Shown: positions 51,454 to 64,000, numbered from the stretch's first letter. The stretch: 64,000 nucleotides of DNA from Octopus sinensis (GCF_006345805.1 NC_042999.1:4588001-4652000), one strand, 5' to 3'. A program made the numbers and translations. The notes: generated by a model from the letters alone, not told the origin.

Positions 51454-54340
51454 TTTATTTCTCGTTGCTCCAGTTCACTCAGCTGACAAAATTGAATTAT
51501 GCCTGTAATTCAGAAGGGCCAGCCATACCACATTCTGTGTCGTGCTGAATCTCCCTGAGAACTACATTAAGGGTATGCATGTCTGTGGAGTGTTCAGCCA
51601 CCTGCATGTTAATTTCATGAGCAGGCTGTTCTGTTGATCAGATCAACAGGAACACTCATCGTTGTAACCAAAAGAGCCAAGCCAGGCCGTCCACTACATC
51701 AAACATCATCATCATCATCGTTTAACATCTGTTTTCCATGCTGGCATGGATTGGACGATTTGACTGAGGACAGGCGAACCAGATGGCTACACCAGGCTCC
51801 AATCTGGTCTGGCAGAGTTTCTACAGCTGGATGCCCTTCCTAACACTAACCACTCAGAGTGTAGTGAGTGCTTTTTACGTGCCACCAGCACAGGGGCCAG
51901 TCATGCAGGCCTGGAATTGATCACATCTGGATGGTGCTTTTTATGTGCCACTGGCACAGAAGCCAGTCATGCGGACCTGGCATCGATCACGTTTGGATGG
52001 TTCTTTTTACATGCTACCGGCACAGGAGCCACTCAGGGGGTACTGGCATTGTTTAACAGAAACTGAAATACCACATTCTCAAAATAAACACCAGAATTCT
52101 CAGAATCTAACAATAAAGAAATAGATTACTCAATTGCTGCAGGCATGGCTGTGGGGTTAAGCAGCTTGCTTCCCAACCTCAGGGTTTCCAGTTCAGTCGC
52201 CGTGTGGAACCCTGAGAACATATCTCTACTATACTGACAAAAGTTCCCTGAGTGAGGTTTTTAGACAGAAACTACAAAGTAGCCCTTCTAACTCACTATA
52301 TCCACCTCTATCATCTTCCATCTCCCCCACACTTCACCCCATCCTCCAGCTACCCACACACCCAGACAGCCATCCTCAATTCTCTGCCCTTATCCTCTCA
52401 ACCCGCATTCCTGTATCTTGCGGGCACACCCCGAGTTCAAATTCTGACATGGTTGACTTTGCCTTTCATCCTTTCGGGGTTGTTAAAATAAGTAACAGTT
52501 GAACACTGGGAGCCAATCTAATCAACTTACTCACCTCCCCAGAAATTACTGGTTTTGTGCCAAAATTTGAAATCTCTATTCTTATTAATACAATACAATA
52601 TTCCCATATCAACCACTTTACCAATTGGTAAATATTATTATATTTCATTCTTTCTCCTTTTCTTGCTGGGGCACTCGTGTATCTCCTTCTCAGCAAGATA
52701 CTTGTTCCTGTACTTCTTTCCTATTTACACTTTCTACACCTGGTTGCAAAGACACACCCTCTCAATATTGTACCAGCAAGCTGGGAATGAATCTTGTCTT
52801 ACAAGTTACTTGGTGATCCCCCTAGTGCTGGTGACACCAAAAAAAAAAAAAGTCACCACCCAGTACACTCTCAAAAGTAGTTGACCATTAGGAAGGCCAT
52901 CCAGCCATGGAAACCTTACCAAAGCAGACATGAGACACCAACACAGCCCTCAGGTGAGTTGGTTCCAATCAAACCATCCAACCCATGCCAGCATCAAACA
53001 CAGACATTAAATTTGTCTTTACATATTTAACGACTATTTCATTATAGCAACTCTACAAATTGTGCTACTTTAGTAAAGAGGTCCTGACAAGATCATTCCA
53101 AATTCTGCAATGAAGCGACCAAATATAAATAACAGAAATCAATAGTTCATTTGTTATGTCAGTTCTTCCAAGTTAGTACAAGTTAGACAAGTATTATTAA
53201 AGTATTGCTTTATAGCTTGGTACCTTTCCTGTCACTAACCCATAACTGCTTTTAAAGAAAGTGATTTTTATGCAAAAATACAGAATATAAACATTCACAG
53301 GGACATATACACACAGATACATTTTATATATATATATACGTGTCGGTGGCACGTAAAAAACACCATCCGAATCGTGGCCAAAGCCAGTGCCGTCTCGACT
53401 GGCTTCCGTGCCGGTGACACGTAAAATGCACCAATCCGACCGTGGCCGATGCCAGCCTCGCCTGGCACCAGTGCAGGTGGCACGTAAAAAGCACCCACTA
53501 CACTCACGGAGTGGTTGGCGTTAGGAAGGGCATCCAGCTGTAGAGACATTGCCAGATAAGACCGGAGCCTGGTGCAGCCTTCTGGCTTCCCAGATCCCCG
53601 GTTGAACCATCCAACTCATGCTGGCATGGAGAACGGATGTTAAACGATGATGATGATGATATATATAATCATCATCATCATCATCGTTTAATGTCCGTTT
53701 CCCATGCTAGCATGGGTTGGACAATTTGACTGAGGACTGGCAAACCAGATGGCTGTGCTAGGCTCCAATCTTGATCAGGCAGAGTTTCTACAGCTGGATG
53801 CCCTTCCTAACGCCAACCACTCCGTGTATATATATAATATCATTAGCACATCAAACAAGATGTTTAGCAGCATTTCATCCATCTTCATGTTCCGAGTTCA
53901 AATTCCACCAAGGTTGACTTTGCCTTTCATCCTTTCGGGGTTGATAAAATAAGTAACAGTTGAACACTGGGAGCCAATCTAATTAACTAACCCAACTCCC
54001 CAGAAATTACTGGTTTTGTGCCAAAATTTGAAATCATTATTCTTATTAATAAAATACAATATTTCCACTCTCGGAGTGGTTGGCGTTAGGAAGGGCATCC
54101 AGCTGTAGAAACACTGCCAGATCTGACTGGCCTGGTGCAGCCTTCGGGCTCCCCAGACCCCAGTTGAACCGTCCAACCCATGCTAGCATGGAAAGCGGAC
54201 GTTAAACGATGATGATGATGATATCAACCACTTTACCAATTAGTAAATATTATATTTCATTAATAATACGCCCATTCTGTTAACAGATATACGAGTGCCG
54301 GTCTTTTCTGACTCCTGGAATTTAAAATATATATATATAT

Positions 54341-54720
54341 ACTCTTTTACTTGTTTCAGTCATTTGACTGTAGCCATGCTGGGGCACCGCCTTTAACCGA
54401 GCAACTCGAACCCGGGACTTATTCTTTTGTAAGCCCAGTACTTATTCTATTGGTCTCTTTTGCCGAACCGCCAAGTTACGGGGACATAAACACATCAGCA
54501 TCAGTTGTCAAGCAATGCTAGGGGAACAAATACACACACACATAGATATATATACATATATACGACGGGCTTCTTTCAGTTTCCGTCTACCAAATCCACT
54601 CACAAGGCTTTGGTCGGCCCGAGGCTATAGTAGAAGACACTTGCCCAAGGTGCCACGCAGTGGGACTGAACCCGGAACCATGTGGTTGGTAAGAAAGCTA
54701 CTTACCACACAGCCACTCCT
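54341..54720 (-). mobile_element. SINE family A copy
   Basis: Full-length match to the family A pattern. Confidence 0.88.
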
Positions 54721-54739
54721 AGATAAATTTTATAATTAA

Positions 54740-55131
54740 TTAATAATTATAATTGAGGGTACATGAGGTACCAGCGTTGCTATAAAGAAGGGTAGAAAAA
54801 TACCCTAATAAGCCACGATTTCACTGAAAGCACAACAGGTTGAGGGAAGTTGAGGGACAAGCAAAGAAATTAACTTAGCGGCATGGCCGATAGTCACAAA
54901 CAAGGTCACAGATATCCCTGTCTCATACGATTTTGAACTTTGAGACGATTCTCTTGGTTCTCATCTGTCACCTCATCTGTGACTATCAGCTGCAATGTTA
55001 ACTTATTTGCTCAACCTTCCATTTCCCTCGACCTATTCTGCTTTCAGTGAAATCATGGCTTGTTACAGTATTTTTCTACTCTTGTTTACAGTAATGCTGG
55101 GGCTTCACAGACCCTCAATTATAATTATTAA
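54740..55131. mobile_element. Old foldback/MITE-like element with ~170-bp imperfect arms
   Basis: TTAATAATTATAATTGAGGG...GATTTCACTGAAAGCA on the left mirrors TGCTTTCAGTGAAATC...CCCTCAATTATAATTATTAA on the right. Confidence 0.7.
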
Positions 55132-57706
55132 TCATAAAATTTATGGATTTGCCCTTTTATTGGCTTTAATGTTTGCTGGCCACTTATCTATTAATTAATA
55201 ATAAAATCTATCTATCATCATCATCACCGTTTAACGTCCAATTTCCATGCTAGCATGGGTTGGACAGTTCAACCGGGGTCTGCACCAGGCTCCAGTCTGA
55301 TCTGGCAATGTTTCTACAGCTGGATGCCCTTCCTAACGCCAACCACTCCGTGAGTGTAGTGGGTGCTTTTTACATGCCACCAGCACAGGTGCCAGGCAAG
55401 GCTGGCAACGGCCACAATCGGTTGGTGCTTGTTACGTGCCACCGGCACTGAAGCCAGTCAAGACAGCACTGGCATCGGCCACGTTCAGATGGTGCTTTTT
55501 ACGTGCCACCGGCACAGGGATCACAACTACAATTTCCACAGATTTATTTATGTTGATGTACTTGACTCAATAGGTCTCACATATATATATATATATATAT
55601 ATATTAAATTAGAGATAAAACCACTATTAGGCAAATCAAACAATGAAAAACATAAACCAAAACATAGAAATAAAATTAATATATAAAATATAAAATTTAA
55701 ATTATTTAAATTTAAAGTTAAAATTTACTCCCTAATATTATTATTATAATATATATATATATATATATACATACATACATACATATATATATACAAACAC
55801 ACACACAACCTATATCCAGTCTCCATCTGCCAAATTTACTTACAGCCATTGGTCAACCTAAGGTTATAGAAGACATTTAGCCAAGCTGCTGTGCAATGTG
55901 GTGTATTGAACCTGATACTGCACGGTCAACAAATGAACTTCCTAGTCACACAGCCATGCTCTTTCTTTAGCTCTCTCTCTTCTCTGTTGAAGATTAGACA
56001 TATTATTAATATTGGATTTACAATGTCCAAATTACATCCTCAACTACCGTGTAGCCCTAATCAAGCAAGCATGTGATCAAATGACGATCATAAATACTGG
56101 CATGGGACAAACAACTCAATAGCAGCAAGCAAGCCAGAAGACTAACTTGAACCCCAATGTCTGCTTTGGTGTGGTTTCTCCAGTTGGATGTCATTCTTGA
56201 CATCACTTTTACCGAGTACACTGGGTGCTTTTTACATGACACTGGCAGTCGTGGAGTCACCAAGTAGTTTGTAACACAAGATCCTTCAACTGAGCCAATG
56301 CATATAGTATTGAGGAAGATGGCTTTCTGCTTGATGATGAGAGGTTAAAAAGTATGACAGAGAGACAGGATCAGGTGTGTAGCTGCAGAAAGATATATGG
56401 TTACTCCAATTGGAAAACAAGGAAGATGAAAATACTAAACAAAATTTACAAAATTTATAGTAATTATGTCATATGTAAACAAACTTAAGTTTGCTTTTGA
56501 AGTGCTGAAATGTATCGTAGTACAAGTAGAAAGATATATTTTTCAAAGCTTAAGTACTGGTAGAACAGCATATTTAAGAGCAACCAGATTTTTCTGCTCT
56601 GTAAGGATTGGCACATAAAAACCACCAACCGATCGTGGCTGTTGCCAGCCACCCCTGGCACCTGTGCCAGTGGCATGTAGAAAGCACCATCCGTACGTGG
56701 TCGATGCCAGCACCACCTTGACTGGCTTCTGTGCCAGTGGCACGTAAAAAGCACCCACTACACTCACGGAGTGGTTGGCGTTAGGAAGGGCATCCAGCTG
56801 TAGAAACACTGCCAGATCAGACTGGAGCCTGGTGCAGCCTCCTGGCTTCCCAGACCCCAGTCAAACCGTCCAACCCATGTTAGCATGGAAAACGAACGTT
56901 AAATGATGATGATACTGCTGTTCCATCAGCACTTATGCCTTGAAAAATATATCTTTCTACTTGTACTAAAATTTAGAGTCTTTAAAATATGAATGGAACA
57001 AAAACAAGAGGGTAAAGTGTCTTACCAAAGTGAAAATAATGATTTAAAATTTTGGCACGAGGCCATTGATTTCAGAGAAGGGGACAACCCCAGTGCTTAA
57101 CTTGGGTCTATTTTATTAACCTTGAAAGCATGAAAGGCAAAGTTGACCTCAGCAGAATATGAACTCAGGAAATAAAGACAGAAGAAATGCTGCTAAGCAT
57201 TTTACCCAGCACGCTAATGAGTCTGCCAGCTCGCTGTCTTCGTAGCATGAAAATATTAACATTTAAAAGAGCTGAACACAACAGTGTGTATAAATGCAAA
57301 GCTGGGCATTAGAGCAATAAAAATTATGAATCTATGGTTAAAAATCACAAAACATAAGCAATCAATGGAGGAAATGAGAGTTGGAATTCAATATTAAAGA
57401 CTTTGGCAAAATATTTTTTGCAAATTTTCAGGTCAAACTTCCCAACTGCCTTAAACCATAATATACAGAGTGCCAATAATTGGCCTGGTTGACAAATCAG
57501 TTCCACACATTTTCCAAAACTCAATGCTTCCAAGAATAAATCATTTCCCTTCACACTCTTCCCACTCATTGCTTATTAGTCCTAGCTCATCTTGGAGTGA
57601 GGCAAGCCTCCATTAAAAGCATTCCAGTCATGACCACCCTGACTTATTTTCATTCATAATACATCAAAGACAAAATTATCCAGTGTCTTTTCCTAAGACG
57701 TCAGAG

Positions 57707-58497
57707 CAGCAGTTCTCAGACACAGCTCCTAGGGCCTCATGCGGCCCTCAACGGTCTTCTCTTTATAAATATAAATTTTTCTTTAATTTCTTTTCGTTTT
57801 ACTTTTTTGGTCGACCCCACGAAAAAAACCCTGGTCCAGAAATTATATCTACCTCAAATCATACTCTAACGTTAGAGTATGATTTGAGGGAGATATAATT
57901 GCTATGTCTAGCAAGTGAAGCCACCACTTAATGACTCCTTCGACGAAACATAGTGAGAGGAGGTCGAGGGTCGATCCGCCAGGAACGATGCTTGCAAGGA
58001 GTGGAGGCACTTGTATAAACCAGGGGTAGGGTAGTCAAGGATTGCCCCGAGTGGTGTCACTGATTCCCTTGTCGGTTCAAGACTGTCAACTATCACTAAC
58101 AAGTCAGTTACCTAATCTTATCTCTTCTGGTTCAATAACAAGTACATGAAGATTATAATTCAAGATAAAAAAGCACAGAAAGAAAGGCGCGGCAGGAACT
58201 GCGGTAGTTTTAAGCTGAAACAAAGAAATGAGGTGAATGAAGGGAGGTATGACAGAGAACAAGAATACTAGAGAAAAGTTACTTTCGGTTTGTAGTGACG
58301 AACCGTGTATAGCTGTGGCTCTCAGCCTGTTTAATATCCGGGCCAAATCCAAAAACTGGGATGATTTGGCGATTTTTTGCAGGGGGCCGCACCAAAAAAA
58401 AAAAATTTTTTTTTTTTAAGTGAATAAAAATTTATTATAGACGGAAGATCGTCTAGGGGATGCATGCGGCCCTGCGAGCTGCGGATGAGAAGCGCGG
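57707..58497. mobile_element. Probable degenerate hAT/Charlie non-autonomous element
   Basis: Ends CAGCAGTTCTCA / TGAGAAGCGCGG with subterminal GCGGCCC motifs; no clean TSD. Confidence 0.4.
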
Positions 58498-58735
58498 GTG
58501 TATAGACTTTAAACAAACTGATACAGAAGAAACGTTGGAAGAATCTTAGACAGTTCGAACAAAATAATGGTTTATGCATTTTAAATGCATTTTAAACTGA
58601 CGTGTTGAAATAAGGTCATTTAAATCTAGTAGCTAATCAAAATCCTAGATTTTAATTAACAATAAAACTGACATCCAGCTGTTAAACACAAATTTAAGCG
58701 ATCTTTCTCTGTGTGTGTGTGTGTGTGTGTACGTG

Positions 58736-58768
<33 letters not shown>

Positions 58769-60095
58769 CTGAACTTAAAAATCAAAGATCGCCTAAATTT
58801 CTAGCAAGTCGTAAATTTATTAATTTGAAGAGAGCCATTCTGAGAGGGAAAAAAGAAATTGGCGATCTTTCGTCTGTAGTAGACCTTTCCGTCGATTACA
58901 CAACATACTGTCTGTCTCCCACACCCCATCAAACACACACACACACGCACGCACACACACATGTACATCAATGCTTCCCATGCACGGTAACTTCAAAAGA
59001 ACTTCCCTCGTCATACAATCGCTTTCTCTTAGTCTCTTTCGCTCTCATTACTTCAAAAGTTCCCGCAAGCCCATATGTAAAAAAAAAATTAATTTTTTTT
59101 TTTTACGGAAATCGACGGAAAGGTCTACTAGAGACGAAAGATCGCCAGTCGTAAATTTATTAATTTGAAGAGAGCCATTCTGAGAGGGAAAAAAGAAATT
59201 ATATATTAAAAGAAAATATATATATATATAAACAAAACACCTGACACTTTAACGGTACTTAAAATAGCGCTTAGTTACGAAGTCTGTACGAAATTGTAGT
59301 AAGCGATACAAGAAGAAAGCGGAAGCTAGTGTTTGTGCACTAAATAAAGAAAAATCGTGTGTTACAGTTTTGCGAACGTTCGAAAAGACGTTGGTATCTG
59401 TTTAAAAATAAAAAGAAAGGGGGGAAAAAACCAATCATTTCCACAAAATGGTTGTCATTTCGGGTCATTTTTATAGCAGAGAAAATAACATGAGTTGGAA
59501 ATGCAACAAAAAACAAAAGAAACACTGAATGGTGAAGGATTTTTTTAGGTCTTTATTTCGATTTATTGCTTCTTGCTGACCGTTTTTAGATTCGCGATTT
59601 TTTTCTTGGAGTAAAATAAAAGAGAGAAAAAGGAACGGTTTTTTTTTTTTTTCTTTTTGTTAATGGCTGCTTCGTTCGTGACGCAAAGTAATTGAAATAT
59701 ATTTGCCTTGTCATCCCCAGTTTTATGATAATTTTGCTGATGACATGTTTTATTTCGAAATTACGACGACGTCGGTTTCTTAAAATAAATTGGGATCCAG
59801 CCCCTTCTTTGATTTTAAACATACAAAAGATAAAAAAGAAACAATACAAATTCTCCAAATAAAATTTCATTAATTACCTAAAAAAAAAAATCATTTCGTT
59901 AATTTTGAAACAAAGAGGAAAATGAGATTCCTTGACGTATTTCAGACCATGAATATTATTAGTATTTCTTTTGTTTTTAAAAGCAATCCTTCGTTAAAAA
60001 AGGAAATATTTCGAGATTATTAAAGAAATTTTTTTTTTTCTGAGTATTTAAAGAAAGAGGCGAAACGAAAGAATTTTCTGTGAAATTAAAGTCTT

Positions 60096-60449
60096 CCAGA
60101 GAATGTCCGTTTGCATTCTTTCAAAGATTTCATCAGAGACAGAAATATTTAAATCGAAATATTTGCCAAAATAAATGAATTTTAGGACGAGGAAAGGAAG
60201 GGATAAAAAAAAAAGGGGGGTCGATTAATAATAATAATTATAAAAGGGATTTCCGTGTCGTTCCAGAGAATGTCCGTTACATTCTTTCAAAGATTTCATC
60301 AGAGACAGAAATATCTAAATCGAAATATTTGCCAAAATAAATAAAAATTTTCAGGACGAGGAAAAGGAAAAGGAAAGGGACAAAAAAAAAAAGGGGTCGA
60401 TTAATAAATAATAATTATAATTATAAAAAAAAGGGATTTCCGTGTCGTT
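60096..60449. repeat. Two-copy tandem repeat (167 and 187 bp) at the 5' end of PEF intron 1
   Basis: CCAGAGAATGTCCG...GGGATTTCCGTGTCGTT repeated at 60096 and 60263. Confidence 0.9.
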
Positions 60450-60620
60450 CACAGGTGAGAAATATCAGAAATTTTTGGGAAACGGGGGGGTGGTATTTTA
60501 AGACGGGTACCATTTTTACAGTAAATGATTTGTTTTTTGCTTTCGTTAGTGTTTTTTCTTTCTGACTCAAATCGGACACCGCAAAAGCCTCCGATGAGTC
60601 AAAACAAAAATTCAACTTAC

Positions 60621-60647
60621 TTGTCCATAACTCCACTGATGCGCCAT
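60621..60647 (-). CDS. PEF1: PEF gene coding exon 1 (MAHQWSYGQ)
   Basis: Minus strand ATG GCG CAT CAG TGG AGT TAT GGA CAA|GTAAGT; A at -3 and G at +4; phase 0 matches the acceptor at 27753; lies in a CpG-retaining region. Its link to exon 2 is inferred. Confidence 0.7.
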
Positions 60648-60744
60648 GATTGACGAGACAAGGGGGATTACTCTAATTGGCTTCACTCGCCTTTATTACT
60701 TCTTCTCAAAAAGAGATCTTAAACTCGCTTCTTTCTTTCTCTAT

Positions 60745-61125
60745 TTCTTTATTTATTTATTTACTTATTTATTTATTTGTTTGTTTGTTTGTTTGTTTAT
60801 TTTACTCATTTATTTATTTACTGGCGATCCTTCGGTATAGGTACACACGTGACTTTATTTACATTTCTGAAAATAGGAGAAACCCTTTTTCTCCCACCCC
60901 TATATAAAAGAAATACTTTCTTGAAATGTATCCGGTACTTCCGGTACCTATACCGAAGTTACGCCTATTTACTTATTTATTTGTTTCTTTACTTATTTGT
61001 TTGTTTATTTACTTATTTGTTTATTTACTTATTTGTTTGTTTATTTATTTACTTATTTGTTTGCTTATTTACTTATTTGTTTATTTATTTACTTATTTGT
61101 TTGTTTATGTACTTATTTATTTATA
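60745..61125. repeat. (TTTA/TTTG/TTAC)n tetranucleotide tracts flanking the putative PEF promoter
   Basis: Two tracts, 60745-60820 and 60965-61125. Confidence 0.9.
60830..60950 (-). promoter_or_regulatory. Putative PEF promoter motifs: ETS site (CCGGAAGT, minus, 60937-60944), E-box CACGTG (60846-60851), TATA-like TATATAAA (60901-60908)
   Basis: Motif matches 200-300 bp upstream of exon 1 inside a CpG-rich zone (~57.7-61.9 kb). Function is inferred. Confidence 0.4.
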
Positions 61126-61214
61126 TGTTGTCCCGAAGAAGGAAATTATTGTCATGACACCAGTATTCTACATACAACGGGGTTGAAGTTGTCAAGAAAC
61201 ATGATTTTGTGAGA

Positions 61215-61520
61215 TAATGGGTTCATGTGCACTACATCTCGACAATAGAGGGAACAGAATGGAGACATATAAAGTCAAATAAAGAAAGGCAGCAACGAAA
61301 GCTTGAAGTGGTGCACAGTTTACGGGATGAAACACAAAATGTCAGGAAAGTTAAACAGTAAAAGAGTCGTAAACAAGAAATGGTGCATATGCGAGTCAGA
61401 AGTTGTGTCAGCGAATTTTGGGAAGATGCAATCGTTCTTGCAGCTTTCAGCTGACGAAAGTAGTTTATTCCATACTTCGACAGTTCTGAGCGGGAAAAGA
61501 ATATTTCTGAAAGCCACGGA
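61215..61520 (-). mobile_element. CR1/L2-type LINE 3' fragment
   Basis: ORF 61320..61517 FRNILFPLRTVEVWNKLLSS, homologous to 43800-44110. Confidence 0.55.
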
Positions 61521-61653
61521 TGCTGCGCTGCTTTTTTACTTTTTTTTTTTTTTTTTCTGTCGAGGAGGCGGACATTTTTTAATAAACTCTCTAAAGAATT
61601 AATGTCTGAAGTTTTGAAAAATTAAAACACCTTCGATGGTCATAAATTTCCTT

Positions 61654-61890
61654 GTACTACTTAAGAAGAGTGGTCCCGGTGCGCGCACTCGCGCAGCCGC
61701 GCTAGCTAGTCGTGACTAGTCGATCCTATACCAACGACTTAGCGAAGTAAATAAAACAAAATAAATAATTTTTTTACACAAAGTAAATAATTTTTTTAAA
61801 ACAAAGTAAATAAAACACAAAGTAAGGATCGACTAGTCACGACTAGCTAGCGCGAGTGCGCGCACCGGGACCACTCTTCCTAAGTAGTAC
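61654..61890. mobile_element. CpG-rich MITE with ~65-75-bp TIRs
   Basis: 61654-61727 is the near-perfect reverse complement of 61825-61890 (one 8-bp indel, one mismatch); A-rich repetitive core; GTAC/TA at both ends. Confidence 0.85.
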
Positions 61891-62524
61891 CAACTTTCCT
61901 TAATTGTATCCAGAAAAATTTTAATTTCTTGATTTAAAAATAAATTACTTCTTAATAGACTTTGCCATCAATTTTTAGGTTCTTCGGCTATTACTACAAG
62001 AGCCATCACTACAAGAGTTGGAATGTTAATAACAAATTAAATCCACAAAACCCCCCTCTTTGGAGCCAATTCGATATAACAGGAATAAATGGGAACACTG
62101 ACTTCCTCTTTTGGTCAAGAAGGAAGGCAGAGTCCATGACTTATACAAAGGTTCTGAGACTTGTGAATGGGAGGAGGATATACTCAAACTGGAGACCTGG
62201 CTTAAATGCTCTCTTGTAACGAATAGCTTCCTAGATTCTAAGCAAAGATTCAAAATTGAATCTACATTTTTCTACAAGTTCTTTTCCCATTGTTCGTGCA
62301 CTTTACGAAATTTACAAGGGTCAACTTTCACCTTTAGTTAAGCTCTATTGTTTAAGTTAATACACTTGGGTTAAATAGAGTTCAAGGGAGATAAATTCAT
62401 TACTTTCCATTATTTTCTGACCCACATCCAGCTTTCCAAACCCAAATTTGGTTCTTCCTTTTTTCTTTTGGCACCGACAGAGAAAACACTTTGTACAGCT
62501 CTTATCCTCTCTACTTGTCTAGAC

Positions 62525-62529
62525 TCTCT

Positions 62530-62604
<75 letters not shown>

Positions 62605-62605
62605 T
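62525..62605. repeat. (CT)n microsatellite
   Basis: Direct observation. Confidence 0.95.
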
Positions 62606-64000
62606 TTCTTGTCTGTCTTCTAGCAGTCAACAAAAAGCAAATTTAACTACCTACAGAATGGATTTTAGTGCTGTGAATAATAATTGTACAACCTGAAAAC
62701 ATTGTATCTTAGACTGGAACAATGAAAATAAACGGCCATTTCAACCAATTCGTAATATTTTTCTTCCTCTCATTTTCATTGCCACATAGCATTGTTATAC
62801 TCTTCTTGAACTAAAGATGCATAAAACCTTTTGCCAGGTCTCCATGGCATATAGTGGAGGCATGTGGCTTAGTGGTTAGGGTGTTGAACTCATGATCGTA
62901 AGGTTGTGGTTTCGATTCCTGGACTGGGCGATGCATTGTGTTCTTGAGCAAAACACTTCATTTCATGTTGCTCCAGTCCACTCAGCTGGCAAAATTGAAT
63001 AATCCTGTGACTTTTAATTTCCAACAACCAAATCCACTCACAAGATTTTGGTCTGCCTGAAGCCAAGGTACCACACAGTGGGACTTGAACATGGAGCCAT
63101 GTAGTCGGGAAGCAAGTGTCTTACCACACAGGTATGCCTATGCCTATTACAGTAAATTATTTTATGAAAATCTTGTCACATCCAATCACATCCTCCAGAA
63201 ACATAAAATTGTTACAAACTGATGCCAAATTGAGTTCACTGATAGCCTCTTGTCTTAAATTTGCTTCCCAGTCAAATGATTTTGGATTCTGTCCCACTTT
63301 GAGGCACCTTGACCAGGTGTCTTTTACTGTCTGTTGCCAACTCTCATTTGTTTCCAGACAAAATAATATTTCCCCATGACCCGAAGGACCCAACACTCAG
63401 ACTAGTACAGGAGTACATCCTCATAAATGAAACATCTCCATTACTAAATAGGATATATGTGTAGAAGGTAGTCATACCCCAATACCCACAGTTTATATAG
63501 ACTGTTGGTAAGTAGAGTTGTTAGTAGGCTGTTATATAGATATGTGTGTGTGTGTGTATAGGTAAATGTAAGTAAACAGATAGATAAATAGACAGATAGG
63601 TACATAGGTAATACGGACAGACAAGCACATACACACATACATACACAAATGAAGAATGAAACACATGACCATATACAGACAAGGAGACATATGGAGACAC
63701 ACATCCATACATAACAGATGCACGTACGTAGTCACACAAACACATACACATAGACACACTCAAACATACACACACAAATTCACACACACATACGCAAACA
63801 TGAACACACAAACACATGAATATGCAGAATACATACATGGAAACATACAAACATGCATGCATATATATGTGCATGCACACACACACATACATATATATAT
63901 ATACATATGTGTATACATATGCACTCTGACACACACACATGCACAAACAAACAAAAGGAACACAGCTCTGATAATGGACAGAGTCAACGACTATTGAAAA

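Larger units (their letters stand above)
18533..60647 (-). other. PEF1: Five-exon penta-EF-hand protein gene (peflin/ALG-2 family), 729-nt CDS, 242 aa
   Basis: Exons of 27+178+156+144+224 nt join in frame through GT-AG introns (phases 0,1,1,1). Product has a Q/P/G/Y-rich N-terminus followed by the PEF signature [27 protein letters not shown]...LMISMF...LWKFLQ...FNRFD. Confidence 0.85.

Noticed and set aside
57908-58102. GC-richer 64-aa ORF
   Set aside because: Lies within a probable hAT relic; no homology or splice support.
62855-62935. tRNA-like sequence with a CAT anticodon loop (similar at 34146-34220 and 26482-26550)
   Set aside because: No proper acceptor stem, and it continues directly into a SINE body, so it is a SINE head rather than a tRNA gene.

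Overview
AT-rich, repeat-dense eukaryotic DNA; the SINE, RTE and Helitron families resemble those of coleoid cephalopods (Octopus-like; an inference). Two minus-strand spliced genes are supported. (1) A complete 5-exon penta-EF-hand gene (peflin/PEF1-like, 242 aa): exons 60647-60621, 27753-27576, 23889-23734, 21045-20902 and 18756-18533, all GT-AG with matching phases, with a 32.9-kb first intron and degenerate EF2/EF3/EF5 loops. (2) The first coding exon of a MICOS Mic19/Mic25 (CHCHD3-like) gene at 11331-11260; no further exons were found in the window. The rest is mostly transposon-derived: tRNA-headed SINEs, RTE and CR1-like LINE fragments, an R4/Dong-like endonuclease fragment in (TAA)n, non-autonomous Helitrons, mariner/hAT relics, MITEs and microsatellites. 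Most ORF-track entries are low-complexity or repeat artefacts. The most unusual structure is a ~430-bp palindrome (51028-51453) of two divergent tRNA-like Pol III heads, each arm ending in a degenerate Penelope-type minimal hammerhead ribozyme motif, inserted with an apparent 7-bp TSD into another SINE.
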